A stretch of DNA of 64,000 nt, from contig NC_069002.1 in assembly GCF_001194135.2 (NCBI RefSeq), forward strand, positions 13,639,580-13,703,579. The letters run 5' to 3'. This stretch comes from Octopus bimaculoides. Taxonomy: Eukaryota. The notes under the pieces are model-generated. The model was not told the DNA's origin. It did not search any database and saw only the letters and a list, made by a program, of their open reading frames with translations. Shown piece by piece: positions 58,731 through 64,000 of the stretch (positions are counted from its first letter, which is position 1; every line of letters starts with the position of its first letter). The position numbers and the translations under genes were made by a program.

Positions 58731-61700
58731 CTGAAAAAAAAAAAAAAGGCAGATAATTACAACTGAAATTTTAGATGTAATTCCTCCAAATATGTTAGTT
58801 CTTGTCAGTTACAAGTCTAAAGTTTACAGACATAGATCCTTACTGAGTCAGACTCAAAGGGCCAATTTTTGTGGTGCATGTTTCCTCCTGGATGGAATGC
58901 CAGTCTGTCACAGGATTACTCATTTTTGCCAACTGAGTGGACTGGAGCAATGTGAAATCAATTGTTTTGATTAAGAACACAATGCATCTCCTGGTTGAGG
59001 AATTGAAACCACAATCTTATGAAGGAGAGTCTAACACCCTAACTACAAAGCTACATGCCTTCACTTAAGCATAGTGCATCATAAGATGTTGGAATATAGT
59101 GAGGAGGAAGCAGGAGTCTATTGTTTGGATTTTGAGACTGCTGACATTAAATTTCACCTGATAAAAATACAATTATTAGCAATATAAGGTTCCGAAACAG
59201 GTACAAATCCCTGTAAGGTTCCCAACAGATGTGTACCTAATGTCAGTGTCTGTATCTATAGCAGGTTGAATCTTATTTTCAGTAATACAAAGAAGATTCT
59301 AATGATTCTGCCAATTTATCACCATTTTTAAAAAGATAATTACATAATAACATACTACTGTACATTTAATGACCATGAAGCATTCTTCAGTGAAAAAAAA
59401 ATTGGACATGCCAAGACTGAGCCTAGATTTTGGTTATGACAAATTCTTGACTAACATTAATTCCATCTACAAAAGTTGACTTTGCCTTTCAGGATTGATA
59501 AAATAAGTACCAGTCGAACATTGGAAGTAATGTAAAATATTGCAGCTTAGAATAAAATTTCAAATAAAATATTTAGATTTAGAAAAATATTAGCTTTTAT
59601 TAAAATTTTATTACAAGTTATTACTTCTATTTGTTATTTTTTATTTTTAATAGAAGTAACAACTCATTTTTTGCATTTTAAAAGAAATTCATTTTTTTAA
59701 TTATTAGAAATTAGTGCAATAAATAGATACAAAAATTAGTTATCGGTAGATTTTACTGAAATATATAACAAATTCACAGTAAAATTTGCTTGAGTTACTG
59801 ACAAGTCTTCACATTTTTAGCCTTGAAGAATGCCTATTTTTTACATAATGAATTTGCCTACTATATATACTATTCTACTTGGAATAAAACTTTAGCTATA
59901 TTGGTACTTCTGGCTCATTTTTTAAGTATTCTAGTGTGTCAATATTTTAACAAAATGATGGTACCTTTTTTTAATTATAATGTTACTTTGTAAATTAAAA
60001 TAAAATTTTTAATATTCAAATTTTATCCTTAGCTGCAATATTTTAAGTAAAACTTTTCTTGTCTTGTACTTTTCCAGGTTTATAATCTTAATATTATTTC
60101 TCTTGCTCACATTTTTCCACGTAATCCATGTTTTTCCAGGTTATGATATTATACTAATTAATAATGTGCCAATTAGTGGTGTTGTTAAATTTTTCCTTAC
60201 TTCAATGATGCTGATGACCTTAAATCCCCTAATAGAACTATATTATCACCCTCAAGTTTGAGAAACAAACACTTTTTTCTTTTAAAACTTCATTGCATGA
60301 GATTGATACCATGAAATTCCTTGAATTAAGCTATTTCATTTAAGCTTAATTAAAATATAGTTTGTTTTTAAAATAAAGTTAATTATACTTGAATCCAATT
60401 TTTTGCCTTTTATTTTTTTTTCATATTTTAACTTACAACTTGATACAAATTTTTGTTGCATGGGACGTAAACTATGAAATTCTTCATGCTTTCTCCTATC
60501 ATTGAAGCTAAGATAAATATATTTTGCTTTTAAAATAAAAATGTTGTTTCTATCTAAACTTGATTGGTGGCATTACTCTCCTATAGTGTTTTTCTACTGG
60601 ACCAAAATGTAGCGAGGGACCAGTCCTCTTCAAAAATGTTAAGTTTTCAATTTGATTAATGACTGAATTAGTGACAAGCTCTGAAAGATGCTGCATGTGA
60701 GATAATTGCAGCATTAAGAATATTATTCAAACACTACCAGTTGAATATGAATCAAATACCAACTTAAGGTAAAACTTATTTTACTAAATCCTTCCATAGT
60801 CTAGATTATTTTCAAAATTACTTGAACTAGGTTGTATATTCCATCAGAAATATGGCTGTCAAAAGCTTTAAGCCAACATCCACAAGATTTCAAGTTGATC
60901 AATTTCAAAGTTAAAGGTCAACTTTTCTGGTATTTTACTGATACCAGAGAAATAAAATGAAATATTTAGTGATTTAGTCTATTGTATCTTCTCATTAATA
61001 TTCTGATTTGTTAAATATATTAATGGAAACAGTCTAAAATAGATTAGCCCAGATTAAGTATGTGTGGTTAAGTTTACTTGGTAATCACACATTTCCATGT
61101 TTGACTCTGATGTGTGGTGGTTCCTTCAATATCATTGACCAATAACTTGTATATGTGTGTGTATAATGCACACACTCATATAAAATATGAAGTCCTGAGT
61201 CACATCCACAACAAACCTATCCCTACCCCTCCTGCATTAACCTATCTACACTTCACAACGTGTAGAATCTTGCATCCTCCCTCTTCTAGTGAGTTTGAAC
61301 TCTTTAGCAAGTTACAAGGCAGCCTCACTAGTCAGGATGCCACAAAAAAGTTCCCAAGGATTTCTTTTAAGCTGTTACAAAGGGCATTCAGTTATAGGAA
61401 TTATGCCAAAAAGGACACTGGAGCAAGCTGTGGTCTGTTGACCTGGTGGATTGTCTAAATGTCCAACTCATGACAGTATGGGATATGGATGTAAAAATGA
61501 TGATTATATATAATCTTTATCAACCATGAAAAGATAAAAAAAAAAGCAAAGCTGACCTTAGTGGGGTTTGAACTCAGATTATAAAGACTGAGGATTCATC
61601 ACCATCATTGTTTAATGTCTGTTTTTCATGCTGGCATGGGCTGGATGGTTTGACATGAAGTTGGCCAGCTGGGAGCTGTCCAGACTGCAACTGTCTGTTG

Positions 61701-63136
61701 TGGCATGGTTTCTATGGCTGGATGTTCTAACACCAACCACTTAAGTGTGCTGGGTGCCTATTATAAACCACCAGCATGGGTACTTTGGATTTGATAGCTA
61801 TATACCTGCAGCTACTACCAATATGACACTTCATGGTTGTTTTAGCTTACGGTAAACTCAATGTTATGGTACTTAGTCAGTCTTGGTGTCCTACATGTTG
61901 ATAACTTACATTCTAATGAATATTGTAATTTATATATAACAGTCAAGTGTTTGTTTTCTGTATACCATGGTAACTCTGTCTATAACCCAGTTAGTAAAAC
62001 CAGTAAAAGAATATAGATTACTTACTTCATGCTAATTATTTCAAATATAGCTGTGAATCCAATAACTAATGCTTGAACGTAAGTTGGCAGAATCCTGCGA
62101 GAGATTGCGTATGTTCCAAATGGACAAGCCACCATTGCAGTCAAAACAAAGGACACTTGAATCCAATGTTTGATTTTTGTACCTTTTGGCAACCAATAAT
62201 GGCTTTCTTGAAGAGAATACTGCAAAATAAATAGTATTATTTCATTAATTTTTCTTTTAACGATGAAATTTTATTTTCATAAATAAAAACCTTCCATGTC
62301 TTTTTAAATTGTTCTTGTTTTTTTCCTTTCTTACAGATAGAATTCTTTTCTCTCACCCTTATCTCTTTTTTTCCTTTCTTCCACAATCTTTTCAGACTTA
62401 TCTGTTTCACACATACATTGTCTTTTCTCTCTCACACACATCTTCCTTTCTTTCACAAAATGATTTTCTCATACTCATATCTCTTCCCTCCTCCTAAACA
62501 ATAAAGTCTGTCAATAGAATTTGGATTCGTCTTTTGTTCAGACAGTTTTGGTTCTCTAAGATATATCTAGTTCTTATTTTATTGAATACTTTGTCAAACC
62601 ATTAAGTTATAGGGGAAAATGTTAACAAAGAAACGCATTTATTATAGGATTCAGTATAGTTTCTTATTTCTTTATTGTCCACAAGGGGCTAAACATAGAG
62701 GGGGCAGACAAAGGGATTAAGTCGATTACATCGACCCTAGTGTGTAACTGGTACTTAATTTATTGACCCCGAAAGGATGAAAGGCAAAGTCGACCTCGGC
62801 AGAATTTGAACTTAGAACGTACCGGCAGATGAAATACCGCTGAGCATTTTGCCCAGTGTGCTAACATTTCTGCCAGCTCGCCAGTATAGTTTCTATCTGC
62901 CAAATTTAATTTGCAAGGCTTGCTGACCCAAGGTTATAACATATTTTTCTGAGTAGGATTGAACCTGCAACTACAGTTGCAAATTGAAGTTAACCATTCA
63001 GTTACATCCATTTCATTTTACTTTATCATTTTGGCTATTTGATAGAAAGGTTTTCAATGCAAGAAGGAAAGAAAAAAAAAAAGCTCACCTTTTCCAAACA
63101 AACTCTGCAAGTGGCATTTGCTGCTGTTGATTCACT
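58565..63136 (-). CDS. 3' part (last three exons) of a probable MARCH/RING-CH family membrane E3 ubiquitin ligase; 5' part lies beyond the window
   Basis: Exons 63089-63136, 62026-62219 and 58565-58730 join in frame: SESTAANATCRVCLEK|YSLQESHYWLPKGTKIKHWIQVSFVLTAMVACPFGTYAISRRILPTYVQALVIGFTAIFEIISMK|ILAVNAVSMYKRGRLSS...TVSI*. CxxC-x3-Y followed by two hydrophobic helices is the MARCH layout. The family call is an inference. Confidence 0.65.
62026..62219 (-). CDS. MARCH-like gene exon with two predicted transmembrane helices
   Basis: tttattttgcag acceptor, GTAAGT donor, 194 nt open frame, ends phase 2. Confidence 0.88.
62665..62881 (-). mobile_element. SINE family A in a MARCH-like gene intron
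   Basis: 13-bp TSD CAGTATAGTTTCT at 62652-62664 and 62882-62894. Confidence 0.9.
63089..63136 (-). CDS. MARCH-like gene exon (SESTAANATCRVCLEK)
   Basis: ttttacttctcag acceptor, GTGAGC donor, 48 nt, phase 0-0. Confidence 0.75.
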
Positions 63137-64000
63137 CTGAGAAGTAAAAGAAACAAACATATTATGTCTAACTTAACAAAAAACGAGTTCCTAAAAACAT
63201 ATTGTTTGGAAGAATCTTCCATTACTCCTCTAACTATAGCACTTCATTCTGCTGATACTGTAATTATGTGAGAGCAGTAGCACACACACTTCATCTCTCT
63301 TTTGTTCAGCCAAATGTCACTCTCCTTGCAACCACTTCCTTTTGCAAGCCATCCTGCATTCTCAATATCATCCCTTACAGCTTTTTCTATTTTCCACTGA
63401 ACACCCCCTCATATCTGCTATCATTATTTCCTCTTCTGCCCAGGCCCACTCCTATTTTCCTTCACTTTTACCCCCAAATTAAGATTCATGCCTTCACACA
63501 TGTTCACCATTCACTTCTATCATCTCTAACCATCTGTCACTCTCACAAATCTTTCGCTTAACCTTCTCAATCCTCTCTGTCCCTATTTTCTTGTGCAACT
63601 TACTTAGAGCTTGTGAGTAAAATGGTGGATAAATTCAAAATGTAATGAGGTCTTAATCAACTTATATTAATTTTCTTTTGTGTGTATTTTATTCTTTTAC
63701 ATGTTTCAGTAAATGAGCTATAGCCATGCAGGAGCACCACTGCATCCTGAAAGTGCTGCAATACCAGATCAACTTGTGGCAAAGAATAAATTTAATATCA
63801 ATGGTCACAAATAGGGACTGCACCACATATTAAACTGATCAGAACAGACACTAGATTTTTATCATATCCAGAACAATCGCATGTCCTCCACTCTCGTCTT
63901 GATATCACACGATGTTTGGAAGCAAACACTGTTTGTTTTCAGTCTTCCATGGAAAATATGTCTGTCTATGAGGAATATTACCTTTCTTGGAAACAGTTGA

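Noticed and set aside
60437-60507. Minus-strand 71-nt exon candidate between the last two MARCH-like exons
   Set aside because: It is not a multiple of 3 and would put the terminal exon out of frame; direct joining gives a continuous hydrophobic helix.

Overview
This is AT-rich, repeat-dense metazoan genomic DNA; the SINE/MITE families look like octopus (coleoid cephalopod), which is inferred rather than proven. (1) A complete minus-strand gene for RNA polymerase III subunit RPC5 (POLR3E) was assembled by hand from 18 GT-AG coding exons (34173->2507). The phases are consistent, the CDS is 2073 nt (690 aa plus stop), and a compact CpG/ETS-type promoter lies at about 34.2 kb. (2) The last three exons of a second minus-strand gene (63136->58565) give the end of a CxxC RING-like motif followed by two hydrophobic helices, i.e. 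a probable MARCH/RING-CH E3 ligase; its 5' part is outside the window. (3) The 24 kb between the genes and all introns are filled with transposable-element debris: tRNA-derived SINEs (several with exact target-site duplications, TSDs), TTAA piggyBac-like MITEs, a hAT MITE, a Helitron, a DINE-1-like element, Penelope, RTE, Tx1-like, MULE and mariner remnants, and a solo LTR. The most unusual signal is a set of hammerhead-ribozyme remnants. One sits in a tRNA-headed SINE whose tail looks Penelope-derived, one is in sense orientation in POLR3E intron 6, and a near-perfect 50-bp hairpin in intron 2 is built from the same tail. There are also long intronic fold-backs and inverted SINE pairs that would make dsRNA in the POLR3E pre-mRNA, and hints of a divergent plus-strand spliced transcript with duplicated exon-like units. 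No intact tRNA, rRNA or CRISPR features were found. Three N gaps are present (17674-18092, 19464-19574, 24566-24575).
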